Of a stretch of 64,000 bases of DNA, positions 28,684 through 42,014 are shown in pieces. The translations under genes and the position numbers were made by a program. Where the stretch lies: the NCBI GenBank assembly GCA_030765145.1, contig JAVCDA010000010.1, positions 119,344 through 183,343 on the forward strand, given 5' to 3'. Source of the DNA: Candidatus Saelkia tenebricola (GTDB lineage: Bacteria; Omnitrophota; Gorgyraeia; Kaelpiales; Kaelpiaceae). Positions within the stretch are counted from its first letter, which is position 1, and each line of letters opens with the position of its first letter. Under the pieces are notes generated by a model. It was not told where the DNA came from and made no database searches. It was given only the letters and a program-made list of their open reading frames with translations.

Positions 28684-28786
28684 AAAGAATTTCTCAAAAT
28701 TCTGGTCTTATGTCAAGAGAAAAATTCAGTCTTATGCTTATATCATAAACGTTATAAGCACAAGGAAGGGATATTTCGTACGAACC

Positions 28787-29536
28787 CTATTCGGGGATTT
28801 GTTCAATACTTAACAATTCTTCCTGCCTAACCATGATATGCGCTAATCTTTCCAGCTCCCTTATTAATCGTTCCTTTTCTTTAGGGTCTTTTAGAGGCGG
28901 TATTTTTATGATTACTTTATTCTGTCCAAATATCACACTCACTAAAATATCAACTTCATACTCCAATAAAGTATCCTTCTGTTTAATTTCTTGGGGTATT
29001 TTTTCGATAACGCTCTTCGACTTTTGATCGGATACTGCTGATTCCTTGTCTATTTTTACTCTTAAGAGATATTGCTGACTTTGTCCAACATTGTCTTCCT
29101 GTTTTCTTTTGAAAGCAGATTGCATGATAATCGGGATAGATTCCTCTATCTCTTTTATTAAATCCGCAGCTTTAATTGTTCCTAATATTTCTTTATTTCT
29201 ACCCGTTTCTGAAAATTCAATTTCAATAGATTCAACACCAAAAACTTCTTGCGGTAAAATATACGCGTGATAATCTCTGCCCAACGGCGAGTCTACAGTA
29301 AAAGGCTGTTCGGTTCCAGCATAGGGATAATACAAGACTTCGCTTTCTACTTTCTTTAACGGAGAGTATATAGGCTTACTGAATTTGTCTTTGCTGCCCA
29401 AGCTATAATCCCATTCCACAGGTGGTGCGGCATACACCTTGTTACAGATGCATATAGAACTGGATAGAAAAACAGCAACGTGGCAAAAAACTTTCAGATT
29501 TTTCTTATAAGTGAGGCAATGCAATTTTATTACCAT
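28787..29536 (-). CDS. hypothetical secreted protein
   Basis: ORF with an internal signal-peptide-like segment (VFCHVAVFLSSSICICNKVYA), so the real start may be downstream of the track start. No family recognised. Confidence 0.45.
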   Translation of the reverse strand: MVIKLHCLTYKKNLKVFCHVAVFLSSSICICNKVYAAPPVEWDYSLGSKDKFSKPIYSPLKKVESEVLYYPYAGTEQPFTVDSPLGRDYHAYILPQEVFGVESIEIEFSETGRNKEILGTIKAADLIKEIEESIPIIMQSAFKRKQEDNVGQSQQYLLRVKIDKESAVSDQKSKSVIEKIPQEIKQKDTLLEYEVDILVSVIFGQNKVIIKIPPLKDPKEKERLIRELERLAHIMVRQEELLSIEQIPE

Positions 29537-31136
29537 ACTCTTTACGCAATTCTTTTAGAGTTTTTACTAACTCTTCTATCTCTTTTCTGCTACCGTCTGC
29601 ATTTAGGCTTTGCGCAGCTGCTAATAAGATATCCTCGTCTTCTGCGTTGTCGGTACCTACAATTTTCTGCCTGGCTTGCGTCAGCACATTAATCTTGGCA
29701 GCATCATAGTTAAGCCCGTCAATTATCACTTGCGTCGCAACATCCCAGCATGTTTGAACAAAGCCAGTCATATCGACTGCTTGCATAATATCACTTAGAT
29801 CGTCATCGCGCAAGGCTTTCCAGACAATTTCTGCATATTTCTTTGCCAGTGTTACATCCCCGCTAGTCCCAGGCATAATATTGGGTGATGTTTGACTTAT
29901 TGGGCTAAGCCCTGTTAAAGGGTCAAATTCATCCACTTCAACAATCCCTATTCTAAAGAAATCCTGACTACCGTCTTGCTCATGAACAGCTACCAAGGAA
30001 TTAACAACTCTGTCATTTTCATCGTACTCATAGAATTTATAAGAAGTAGTTACTCTATTGGGGGCTTGATCATCATTATAGTGTACTGCTTCAACTACAG
30101 AGGGCAAATATTTTAAACCTCCCTCCTGATCATAAGAAATATGAAAATCCAATACATTTGTGTCTTCCTCATAGCTATATGAGGTTTCACCGCTATCTAT
30201 AGTAACCAAACGGTGATAACTCCTAGCTTCTCTATACGAAAAATCCATATCTAAGACATCTTCAGTGATATATTGGGTGACACCCCATTGATCGCGAAGT
30301 TCCTGATACATCTTAAGTGCATAGCCAAAAGCATTAGATTCTTTATTATTGAAAGCCCACCAGTCTCCTGCACATTCTGAATATTTCATATAAAGGTAGG
30401 AAGGGGCATGATAAACATATGCCGTAGATGCATCATTCGAATCAATCTGTGCATAAGTTGGCGTCAATTGTTTGGAAAAAATCCAATCCGGAAAATGCGT
30501 GCTTTCGTCTCGAAGAGATACATGCAATGGCCTTGTCGTCACATTACCCAGCTTATCTTCGCTAGACATATTAAATGTAAGGGAAAAACCTTTGTAGGCA
30601 TGTTTGCCTGAAGTTTCTTCAATCTTTTTTATTACCTCTTCTAGATCCTCTTTGTTTTGGACAAACTTGTTAGCAAAATATTTCAATATTTTCGTATTAG
30701 TGCCCGAATATGTAATAGAACCGTCTTCTGCAATGCTTTTTCCAGGCGTAGCAGATCTAACAGGTTGATTAAAAAGCTCTGCACGCCTGTTTTCTATAAC
30801 TCTAAAACGCTCCCTGACATAAGTTAAAATCTGTAAAGCGGCACGTAATCCCTGATAGCTTTTTTTGGCATCTTCTCCTGTTTTTCTTTTTATCAGCATT
30901 CCGCGTACCTGCTGCTCTCTGTCAAGATATTCTTCCAAAGACAATTCCGGAGAAAGTGCTTTATAGATTTCTGCAATAGATCCAAATTCTGCTGAATCCA
31001 AGGGCTGCTCATTTGCAGTACTTTCATTAGCATAAGATGCTATATGATATGAAACCCCACCAACAAAAATAGACATAATTATAAAGTGTTTTAAAATGTT
31101 TTTCTTCTTCACATCATATTTATACCATATATACAT
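29505..31136 (-). CDS. hypothetical secreted protein (543 aa)
   Basis: N-terminal signal/anchor (IIMSIFVGGVSYHIASYA). No family recognised. Confidence 0.55.
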   Translation of the reverse strand: MYIWYKYDVKKKNILKHFIIMSIFVGGVSYHIASYANESTANEQPLDSAEFGSIAEIYKALSPELSLEEYLDREQQVRGMLIKRKTGEDAKKSYQGLRAALQILTYVRERFRVIENRRAELFNQPVRSATPGKSIAEDGSITYSGTNTKILKYFANKFVQNKEDLEEVIKKIEETSGKHAYKGFSLTFNMSSEDKLGNVTTRPLHVSLRDESTHFPDWIFSKQLTPTYAQIDSNDASTAYVYHAPSYLYMKYSECAGDWWAFNNKESNAFGYALKMYQELRDQWGVTQYITEDVLDMDFSYREARSYHRLVTIDSGETSYSYEEDTNVLDFHISYDQEGGLKYLPSVVEAVHYNDDQAPNRVTTSYKFYEYDENDRVVNSLVAVHEQDGSQDFFRIGIVEVDEFDPLTGLSPISQTSPNIMPGTSGDVTLAKKYAEIVWKALRDDDLSDIMQAVDMTGFVQTCWDVATQVIIDGLNYDAAKINVLTQARQKIVGTDNAEDEDILLAAAQSLNADGSRKEIEELVKTLKELRKEYGNKIALPHL

Positions 31137-31148
31137 ATAAAAATCAAG

Positions 31149-31727
31149 TTACCTGAGATAAAAATTATCGAAGTATGTCCGACCCCCTGTTTGATCAATA
31201 TACCGTTTGTCTATAAATACATTGATTTCAACGAGTTCGGATAAATTCTCCAACTTGAGGCTTTTCAAGGGGATTTCTACCTTATACCAATCATTCCCTG
31301 TTTTAGCGTTCATTACCGTTACGATTTTACCTTTTTTATCTTCAAAGGTTATCCCGATGATTTTGGAATAGCCTACTGCCGGCTCCCCTTTAACCCAGAA
31401 ACCAAAATATTGATACCCGCTAAAATCATATCCTGAAACATGGAGCCAGATTCCACCCACCAAATCATTGTCAGAGCGAAAATCGTAATCCAATGCGAAT
31501 GAATGACCCTCTTCCCCATATTTTACGAGACTGGACTTCGAGCCTACAAAGGTAGTATGTCTATCCTCCATAAATTCTTCCCATACACCGCCTTCAAATG
31601 TTTCCTGCTCAAAATCCTGTAACAGAAAAATCTTTTCCTTTGTTTCTGTCAATTCCTCTGTATACACTTTATCTGCGCAAAAAAGAAAAACTATTCCGAC
31701 CGTTAAAACAGCTATTCTTATATTCAT
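31149..31727 (-). CDS. secreted single-domain protein, third paralog of the CBM-like domain
   Basis: Signal peptide MNIRIAVLTVGIVFLFCA. Shares DYD(V/F), G.W......DFS.YQ.F.FWVKG and TYFDN motifs with ORFs at 14120 and 11487. Confidence 0.6.
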   Translation of the reverse strand: MNIRIAVLTVGIVFLFCADKVYTEELTETKEKIFLLQDFEQETFEGGVWEEFMEDRHTTFVGSKSSLVKYGEEGHSFALDYDFRSDNDLVGGIWLHVSGYDFSGYQYFGFWVKGEPAVGYSKIIGITFEDKKGKIVTVMNAKTGNDWYKVEIPLKSLKLENLSELVEINVFIDKRYIDQTGGRTYFDNFYLR

Positions 31728-31808
31728 CCTCTCACCTCCTACGCTTACTGTTTCTATCCTTGCATCTAACTCTTTCTATTATACACCGTAAGCAATTTGT
31801 AGACCAAT

Positions 31809-32492
31809 TTATTTTTCCCCTTCAACAATCACAACAAACTCTCCTTTAACAACCAATTGATTCGCTATGATCCGTTCCAGCACTTCGACAACCTCTCCTC
31901 TTACAACCTCTTCGTGTAATTTGGTAAGCTCTCGCACCAAGCAAATATTTCTGTTCCCCAAATAATCCCTTACCTCTTCTAGCATCTGCGTAATTCTATG
32001 GGGAGATTCATAGAAAATAACTGTTCTTTTCTCTGCCTTTAATTGCTGTAACTTATTTTTCCTTTTGCCGGATTTACGAGGTAAGAATCCTTCAAAAATA
32101 AATCGGTCTGTCGGTGCTCCGGATATTGTAAGCGCCATAATAAAAGCACTAGGTCCAGGAAGAGCACTAACCTCTACTTGCTGCCTCAAAGCTTCTCTCA
32201 CTAAATAAAATCCCGGATCAGAAATTCCGGGAGTACCTGAGTCTGATATTAAAGCAATCCGTTGACCATTTTTAAGTTTCTCAATGATTCTGGGAGTCTT
32301 TTTTTCTTTGTTAAAATCATGGAATGATTCTTTGGGAGTGATAATTTTGTATTCGGCTAAAAGTTTGCCTGATTTTCTAGTATCTTCACACAAAATAAGG
32401 TCTACTTCTCCTAGAGTCTCTATCGCCCTGATAGTAATATCTTTTAGATTGCCAATTGGCGTAGCCACAAGAATCAGATTACCCTTATTCAT
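31809..32492 (-). CDS. rsmI: 16S rRNA (cytidine1402-2'-O)-methyltransferase
   Basis: LILVATPIGNLKDIT...LCEDTR tetrapyrrole-methylase-like RsmI N-terminus; 227 aa. Confidence 0.9.
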   Translation of the reverse strand: MNKGNLILVATPIGNLKDITIRAIETLGEVDLILCEDTRKSGKLLAEYKIITPKESFHDFNKEKKTPRIIEKLKNGQRIALISDSGTPGISDPGFYLVREALRQQVEVSALPGPSAFIMALTISGAPTDRFIFEGFLPRKSGKRKNKLQQLKAEKRTVIFYESPHRITQMLEEVRDYLGNRNICLVRELTKLHEEVVRGEVVEVLERIIANQLVVKGEFVVIVEGEK

Positions 32493-32500
32493 ATATCAAG

Positions 32501-34333
32501 TTATTCCACAGTTACGCTTTTAGCAAGATTTCTGGGCATGTCCATATCGTATCCTTTTAGAGCTGCAACGCAATATGCAAAAACCTGTAAAGGCACAATA
32601 GTAAGAAGAGGGGAAAATATGTTGTCGATCTCGGGAATAAAAATTATTTCTTTAACATAATTCTGTATCTGGAAATCTCCTGCTGTTGCAATCGCAATTA
32701 CTTTTCCTCCTCGCGCAAGAACCTCTTGAACATTTGATATTATTTTATTATAAACCGGAGATTGGTTGACGATACAAATAACTCCTCTATATTCATCGAT
32801 TAGTGCAATAGGCCCGTGTTTCATCTCGCCTGCGGCATAACCTTCGGCAGGAATATAAGAAATTTCTTTGAGTTTTAATGCTCCTTCTAATGCGGTAGGA
32901 AAATTGTTATTCCTTCCTAAGTAAAGAAACGCTCCAAAATGAAGAAATTTCATAGCAAGTTTTTCTATATTTTTATAATCGGTTAAAACTTTTTTCTGTG
33001 CTAAGGGAATGTTTTTGAGTTCCGCAATGAATTTCTGCAAATTATTTTTGCTTATTACTCCTTTCATGTTTCCCAGATACAACGCAACCAAGTAAAGAAC
33101 CATTAACTGAGCTGTATATGCTTTTGTCGAAGCTACTCCTATTTCCAGGCCAGCATGTGTGTAAATGGTAGTATCTGATTCTCTTGTGAGAGAAGAGCCT
33201 TGAGTATTACAAATGGTAAGTACTTTAACCCTGTTTTTCTTAGCCTCTCTCACTGCAGCCAAAGTATCGGCTGTCTCTCCAGATTGACTAATCGTAATAA
33301 TTAATGTTTTGGCTTTAATTACCGGTGTACGATATCTAAATTCGCTGGAAAAATCAACTGTGACCGGAATCCGCACCAGAGATTCAATTGCATATTTCCC
33401 AATCAGTCCAGCATGATATGCGGTGCCACAAGCAATAATGGTTATATTACTCAATTCCTTGAAAAATTTTTTATCTATCTTAAGGTGGTCGAATTTGATA
33501 TTTCCTGAAGAAGAAACATATCGTGTAACTAAACCAGATAAAATCTGCGGCTGTTCAAAAATCTCTTTGAGCATAAAATGTTTGAAATTGCCCTTCGATG
33601 CAGTGTCTATGTCATACGATATGTTTTCTATTTTCGGGATAACCCTGCAACCCTGAAAATTAAAAACATCTATTGTATTTCTTGTGATAGCAGCAATTTG
33701 CTTATCCCTTAAAGAAATAATCTGTCTAGTGTGTCCCAATATAGCCGGGATATCAGAAGAGATAAGATTCTCACCCTCGCCTACACCGATAATTAGAGAA
33801 GAATCATTACGCGCAACAAAGATCTTATCCGGCTCATATATACTTATGATACCTAGGGCATAGGAGCCCTTGAGTTTCTGTAAAGCTTTGATAAACGCCG
33901 CCTTAAAATCTCCCTTGTAAAACCTGCTGATTAAATGAGCAATTACTTCTGTATCTGTTTCGGATTTAAAATGACAACCGTTTTCTTTTAAACTCTTTTT
34001 TAAATCTGCGGAATTTTCAATGATTCCGTTATGAACTACCGTAATATTTCCGGAACAATCGTTATGGGGATGAGCATTTTTTTTAGACGGTGCCCCATGT
34101 GTAGCCCATCGAGTATGACCCAACCCGACATGAGTACGTATGGGGGCCTTGCGATGTTTTAGTAGTTCTTCTAAATGAGCAATCTTGCCTTTACATTTTA
34201 GAACCGTAATCTTTTTCTCATCCATAACTGCAATACCGGCAGAATCATATCCTCTATATTCGAGCTTTTTCAAGCCTTGTAAAATAATATTTTTTGCCTG
34301 TTTGTTTCCTATATATCCAATGATACCGCACAT
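32501..34333 (-). CDS. glmS: glutamine--fructose-6-phosphate aminotransferase (isomerising)
   Basis: MCGIIGYIG N-terminal nucleophile start, two SIS domains, 610 aa. Confidence 0.95.
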   Translation of the reverse strand: MCGIIGYIGNKQAKNIILQGLKKLEYRGYDSAGIAVMDEKKITVLKCKGKIAHLEELLKHRKAPIRTHVGLGHTRWATHGAPSKKNAHPHNDCSGNITVVHNGIIENSADLKKSLKENGCHFKSETDTEVIAHLISRFYKGDFKAAFIKALQKLKGSYALGIISIYEPDKIFVARNDSSLIIGVGEGENLISSDIPAILGHTRQIISLRDKQIAAITRNTIDVFNFQGCRVIPKIENISYDIDTASKGNFKHFMLKEIFEQPQILSGLVTRYVSSSGNIKFDHLKIDKKFFKELSNITIIACGTAYHAGLIGKYAIESLVRIPVTVDFSSEFRYRTPVIKAKTLIITISQSGETADTLAAVREAKKNRVKVLTICNTQGSSLTRESDTTIYTHAGLEIGVASTKAYTAQLMVLYLVALYLGNMKGVISKNNLQKFIAELKNIPLAQKKVLTDYKNIEKLAMKFLHFGAFLYLGRNNNFPTALEGALKLKEISYIPAEGYAAGEMKHGPIALIDEYRGVICIVNQSPVYNKIISNVQEVLARGGKVIAIATAGDFQIQNYVKEIIFIPEIDNIFSPLLTIVPLQVFAYCVAALKGYDMDMPRNLAKSVTVE

Positions 34334-34401
34334 GGTTAGAGTAGTAGCCTATTTATAGGGTTAATAAAAATACTGTTATCACTCGCCAAACTTGCCCCAA
34401 G

Positions 34402-35157
34402 CTATAAAATTGCCGCAGCGTCTTTGTCCACGATAAAAACGCAATCCGGATGGTAACGCAGAAAAGAAGCAGGAACATCTGGGGTAATGGGCCCATTAAT
34501 CGCATCGTTGATTGCTTCGGCCTTGTTTTCTCCTGTTGCCAAGAGAACAATCTTACGCGCTTCTAAAATGGTTCCTATGCCCATAGTAAGCGCCTGCGTA
34601 GGAACATCCTCCTGTTTTTGAAAAAACCGGGCATTATCTTTTTTCGTCTGTTGGTTTAAATCTACAATACGCGTTCTGGAATCCAAAGTAGATCCCGGTT
34701 CATTAAAAGCAATATGTCCGTTGGAGCCAATCCCCAGAAGCTGCAAATCCACTCCTCCATATTGTTCAAATAAAATTTCTTCAAACTGCTGACATTCACT
34801 TTGGGGTGTTTTGCAAACACCATTTAAAACATGCGTTCGAGTTTTATCAATATTAATGTGGTTAAACAAAACATCATTCATAAAATATCGGTAGCTCTGG
34901 GGATGATCCGATGCGAGCATAAAATACTCATCCAGATTAAAGCTAGCTGTTTTAGAAAAATTAAACCCTTTTTCTTTGTGCAACGCAATAAGCTGCTTAT
35001 ACATCTCTACCGGGGTGCTTCCTGTGGCCAGGCCTAATACTGTTTCGGGATTTGAATAAATTGCATCTGAAAAAATACGGAAGGCTTTAAATCCGACATC
35101 CTTTTTGTCCTCACAGACAATAACCTGGATAGTTTTCTCGTCCATACCCTTAAACAC
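34402..35157 (-). CDS. nagB: glucosamine-6-phosphate deaminase
   Basis: LGLATGSTP, FNLDEY and IGSNGHIAFNEPGS motifs. Confidence 0.9.
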   Translation of the reverse strand: MFKGMDEKTIQVIVCEDKKDVGFKAFRIFSDAIYSNPETVLGLATGSTPVEMYKQLIALHKEKGFNFSKTASFNLDEYFMLASDHPQSYRYFMNDVLFNHINIDKTRTHVLNGVCKTPQSECQQFEEILFEQYGGVDLQLLGIGSNGHIAFNEPGSTLDSRTRIVDLNQQTKKDNARFFQKQEDVPTQALTMGIGTILEARKIVLLATGENKAEAINDAINGPITPDVPASFLRYHPDCVFIVDKDAAAIL

Positions 35158-35171
35158 TTGATGCTAACAAA

Positions 35172-35244
35172 CGTCCCCAGCCGGGTTTGAACCGGCGCCG
35201 ACGGCTCGAAAGGCCGTTGTCCTAGGCCCCTAGACGATGGGGAC
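35172..35244 (-). tRNA. tRNA-Glu (anticodon TTC)
   Basis: Cloverleaf folded by hand: acceptor GTCCCCA/TGGGGAC, D-arm GTCT..GGAC, anticodon stem ACGGC/GCCGT with loop CTTTCGA, T-arm GCCGG-TTCAAAC-CCGGC. Close to E. coli tRNA-Glu. Confidence 0.85.
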
Positions 35245-35387
35245 GAACATTAATTATCAACAAAATTTACCACAATCAATCATACAAACCGCCTTTTGGG
35301 CAGTTTATAATTATTATTGCATAAAAGCTAATTTGTCAATGCAAAACTTGCCTTATGTAAATCGCAAACCCCTTGTAATAGTTATCT

Positions 35388-37814
35388 TTATTCCTCTTTC
35401 ACAACCTTTGCAAACGAAACCACTTTATCTTTTGGGGCTGTCTTAACAACTCTTACCCCTGAAGTGCTTCTTCCTATGGTTCTTATGTCTTTAAGGGAAG
35501 TTCTTATAATCTGCCCACTCTGTGTCATTAAGACAATGTCATCATCATCATTAACGACCTCCGCTGCTACTACATTGCCTGTTTTATCTGCACGTTTCAT
35601 ATTAATAACACCCTTGCCCGCACGGGATTGAATTCTGTATTGCTCAACCGCCGTCCGTTTTCCAAACCCCTGCTCACTAATGGTCAATATGCTCTCTTCC
35701 CTGGCAACACAACACATGCTTACCACCTGATCTCCTTTGCCAAGGTTAATACCCTTGACTCCCTGAGCTCCTCGGCCCATTGATCTAAGCTGTTTTTCTG
35801 CAAAACATATAGATTGGCCTTTTCGCGTAGCTAAAAAAACATAATGATGGCCATCGCTAACTTCTGCTGCAATCAAGCGATCCTGCTTTTTTAAAGATAT
35901 CGCTATAATCCCTCCTTTACGAGGGTTTTTGAATTCCTCCAGTTTCATGTTTTTCACAACACCGTTCGCTGTCGCAAGTATTAAATACCTTGTGGCTGGA
36001 AAATCACGCACTGGAATAGATGCCGTTACTACCTCTTCTTTGGCAAGTTGTAAAATATTAACTATGGCTTTACCACGTGCCGTTTTCTGCGCTATGGGAA
36101 TCTCATGAACTTTTAACCAGCAAGCTCTCCCTTGATTAGTAAAGAAGAGCATATAATCATGGGTGGAAGCTATAAAAAGATGTTTTACAAAATCGCCTTC
36201 TTTCAGATTCATACCAATAACTCCTTTGCCACCTCTATTCTGTCTTCTATAGGAGGAAATGGGTTGCCTTTTTATGTATCCCGAACTTGAAATTGTCACC
36301 ACCATATCCTCTTCTGTAATCATGTCTTCGATTCTTATTTCTTTAACCTCTTCTACTATCGTTGTAAGCCTCTGGTCTCCATAGCGTTCCTTTATCTCAA
36401 TAAGTTCTTCCTTGATTACTTGAACAACTTTTTTCTCACTTTGGAGAATACTGTTGTAATATGCGATTTTTTTGATTAATTCCAAATATTCTTTATCCAG
36501 TTTTTCTGTTTCCAGTCGCGTTAAGCGCTGAAGCTGCATTTCTAAAATTGCCTGAGCCTGTATCTCTGTTAATTTTAACTGTTGCATCAATCGTTCTTTT
36601 GCCTCGGGTGTACTTTGAGATTTTTTAATTAATGCGATTACCTTATCTATGTTGTCCAACGCTATTTTTAAGCCTTCTACAATATGTGCCCGCTTTTCAG
36701 CTCTTGCTAGTTCAAACCGGGTCCTTCTTAAAACAATTTCTTTCCTATGGCTAATGAATTCTACCAGCATCTGTTTTAAGCTCAACACCTTTGGTCGCCC
36801 ATGTACTAATGCCAGCAAAATAATACCAAAAGAAACCTCCATCTGAGTATGTTTATACAACTGATTTAATATTACTTCTGCATTTTGATCTCTTTTCAAT
36901 TCAACTAAAATACGTATTCCCTCTTTATCGGATTCATCTCTTAAGTCTGAAATTCCTTCTACCTTTTTATCTTTTATGAGAATTGCAATTTGTTCAATAA
37001 GATTAGATTTGTTAACCTGATAGGGAATTTCTTTTATTATGATTGCAGCCTTCCCGCCTTTAAGCTGTTCTGTATAGGCTTTTGCCCGAATTTTGATAAT
37101 ACCTTTACCTTGGGCATAAGCTTCTTTCAGTCCTTTGCTTCCGTAAAGGATACCTCCCGTCGGAAAATCCGGCCCCGGGATATACTGCATTAACTCTGTA
37201 CATGAGATGTCAGAATTATCCACATAAGCAATAGCTCCTTCTATCGTTTCTTTAATATTGTGGGGAGGAATGTTGGTTGCCATACCAACCGCTATCCCGG
37301 AAGATCCGTTAATAAGAAGGTTGGGAGTTCTACTTGGCAACAATATCGGCTCTCGTAAGCTTTCATCAAAATTAGGCCTGAAATCCACTGTATCCTTATC
37401 TATGTCTTCCAGCAACTCTTGAGAAATAGCAGCAAGACGAGCTTCCGTATAGCGCATAGCTGCAGCAGAATCTCCATCTATAGAGCCAAAATTGCCCTGG
37501 CCATCTATTAAAGGGTATCTCATTGAAAAATCTTGTGCCATGCGCACTGCAGCATCATAAACAGCTGTATCGCCATGAGGATGATATTTTCCCAGTACTT
37601 CACCTACAATTCGAGCACATTTTTTATACGGCTTGCGAGCATCTAACCCCAGTTCTTTCATAGCATAAAGAATTCTTCGATGCACCGGTTTTAATCCGTC
37701 TCTCACATCTGGTAAAGCCCTGCCAACAATAACGCTCATAGCATAGCTGATATAAGAATCCTTCATTTCATCTTTGATGTCTATGTGTCGTATTTTCTGA
37801 TCTCTGCTATACAT
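35388..37814 (-). CDS. gyrA: DNA gyrase subunit A
   Basis: GyrA N-terminus with AAMRYTE active-site Tyr region and C-terminal beta-pinwheel repeats. Confidence 0.95.
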   Translation of the reverse strand: MYSRDQKIRHIDIKDEMKDSYISYAMSVIVGRALPDVRDGLKPVHRRILYAMKELGLDARKPYKKCARIVGEVLGKYHPHGDTAVYDAAVRMAQDFSMRYPLIDGQGNFGSIDGDSAAAMRYTEARLAAISQELLEDIDKDTVDFRPNFDESLREPILLPSRTPNLLINGSSGIAVGMATNIPPHNIKETIEGAIAYVDNSDISCTELMQYIPGPDFPTGGILYGSKGLKEAYAQGKGIIKIRAKAYTEQLKGGKAAIIIKEIPYQVNKSNLIEQIAILIKDKKVEGISDLRDESDKEGIRILVELKRDQNAEVILNQLYKHTQMEVSFGIILLALVHGRPKVLSLKQMLVEFISHRKEIVLRRTRFELARAEKRAHIVEGLKIALDNIDKVIALIKKSQSTPEAKERLMQQLKLTEIQAQAILEMQLQRLTRLETEKLDKEYLELIKKIAYYNSILQSEKKVVQVIKEELIEIKERYGDQRLTTIVEEVKEIRIEDMITEEDMVVTISSSGYIKRQPISSYRRQNRGGKGVIGMNLKEGDFVKHLFIASTHDYMLFFTNQGRACWLKVHEIPIAQKTARGKAIVNILQLAKEEVVTASIPVRDFPATRYLILATANGVVKNMKLEEFKNPRKGGIIAISLKKQDRLIAAEVSDGHHYVFLATRKGQSICFAEKQLRSMGRGAQGVKGINLGKGDQVVSMCCVAREESILTISEQGFGKRTAVEQYRIQSRAGKGVINMKRADKTGNVVAAEVVNDDDDIVLMTQSGQIIRTSLKDIRTIGRSTSGVRVVKTAPKDKVVSFAKVVKEE

Positions 37815-37837
37815 CTTCTTCCCTCGTTTTTATTTGC

Positions 37838-40668
<2,831 letters not shown>

Positions 40669-40669
40669 T

Positions 40670-41776
40670 CTAAACCAATTGCATTGGTAAAACAAGATAG
40701 ATATATTTTGAGTCCAATCTAATAATTCCCGGCTTATCCGCTCCATTCAACTCAAAACAAACTTCTTGAGTTTCAATGTTTTTCAAAACATCCAACAAAT
40801 ACTGAGGATTAAAGCCAACCACCATTTCATCTCCATCGTAACTAGCCTCTATTTCTTCTCTCCCTTCCCCTAAATCCGGGGTTATTTTAGAAATAACAAT
40901 TTTATTTTTGTAGAACTCCAATTTGATGGCTATTGAATCACTTGTTGTCATTAAGCTTGCTCTTTTTATTGCTCTGGAGAAATCTTCTGTTTGTATTCTT
41001 AATTTATTCTCGCTTTCTTTAGGGATAACTTCTTCATAATTGGGAAAATCTCCTTCTATCAAACGAGTGATCAATTCAGTGTTGTTGCAATGAAAAGAAA
41101 TTTGATTGTTTTTTTGAGAAATATTTATCGTCACTACCTCATCTGCTCCATCCATTATTTTTAAGAGCTCCATAACAGCTTTTTGAGGAATGATATATTT
41201 CCCATCCCAACCAACTTCTATATCTTCCTGGTACATTGCTAACCTTCTTCCATCGCTTGCAACTAATCTTAACCTCTTCTCTTGAAAATCAAACAATATC
41301 CCATTCAATACGTATCTTGTTTCTTCTTTAGAACATGCAAAACATGTTTTTGATATCATTTTTTTTAGAATGTTTATCTTTACTTTAAATCCTTTACCTT
41401 CTATCTTTGGAATTTCAGGATATTCTTCTGCAGAAAAACCCAGCAATTTAAAATAACATTTTTCACCACGAATGATAACACCTGCATTCTTTGTTTCTTC
41501 TATTAAAATCTCTTGATCTGGAATTTCTTTTAAAATATCATAAATTTTTTTACCAGGTGTAGTAATTTTTCCTATCTGAATTGCTTTAGTGGGGATTTTT
41601 TTTCTAATACATATCTCTAAATCTGTGGCTGTTATGCTTAAATGATCTTTCTCCGCCTTTATTAATAAGTTAGACAAAATTGGTAATGTTGAACGCGAAG
41701 GAACAACTGATATTATGTCTCCTAAGGCTTTAACAATACATTCTTTTTCTACAGTAAATTTCATTTTTTCCTCCAT
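40670..41776 (-). CDS. dnaN: DNA polymerase III beta sliding clamp
   Basis: 368 aa, three-domain clamp pattern, position between dnaA and gyrB. Confidence 0.9.
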   Translation of the reverse strand: MEEKMKFTVEKECIVKALGDIISVVPSRSTLPILSNLLIKAEKDHLSITATDLEICIRKKIPTKAIQIGKITTPGKKIYDILKEIPDQEILIEETKNAGVIIRGEKCYFKLLGFSAEEYPEIPKIEGKGFKVKINILKKMISKTCFACSKEETRYVLNGILFDFQEKRLRLVASDGRRLAMYQEDIEVGWDGKYIIPQKAVMELLKIMDGADEVVTINISQKNNQISFHCNNTELITRLIEGDFPNYEEVIPKESENKLRIQTEDFSRAIKRASLMTTSDSIAIKLEFYKNKIVISKITPDLGEGREEIEASYDGDEMVVGFNPQYLLDVLKNIETQEVCFELNGADKPGIIRLDSKYIYLVLPMQLV

Positions 41777-42014
41777 TAGTTGTGTTGTTTTCTAATAAGT
41801 ATTTGTTTTATAGTATGTATTAGTAGTGTTTGTGTAAAAGTGGATAATAATATAAACATATATGTATCAATGGTTTATTGATAAAAGTGTATCTGTGTAA
41901 AATGTTGTTAAAAAGGTGGTTCTTTTTTTTATTGATGTATTTATCCACATATCCACATTTTATCCACAAGCAATCTATGTGTTTTTAAGGATCTTTTCCT
42001 CAAGTTTATCCACA
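41777..42014. other. candidate oriC: AT-rich unwinding region plus DnaA-box cluster
   Basis: Perfect TTATCCACA at 41941-49, 41960-68 and 42006-14. ATATCCACA at 41949-57. Inverted TTATCCACT at 41839-47. An AT-rich stretch at 41777-41940. Confidence 0.7.

Noticed and set aside
34334-34401. glmS ribozyme upstream of glmS
   Set aside because: The upstream gap is only 68 nt and lacks the conserved ribozyme core, so regulation must be by other means.
35245-35387. Promoter for the tRNA-Glu-nagB-glmS unit (TTGACA at 35334-35339 on minus strand)
   Set aside because: The -35 is perfect, but no convincing -10 hexamer lies at 16-18 nt spacing, so it is left uncalled.
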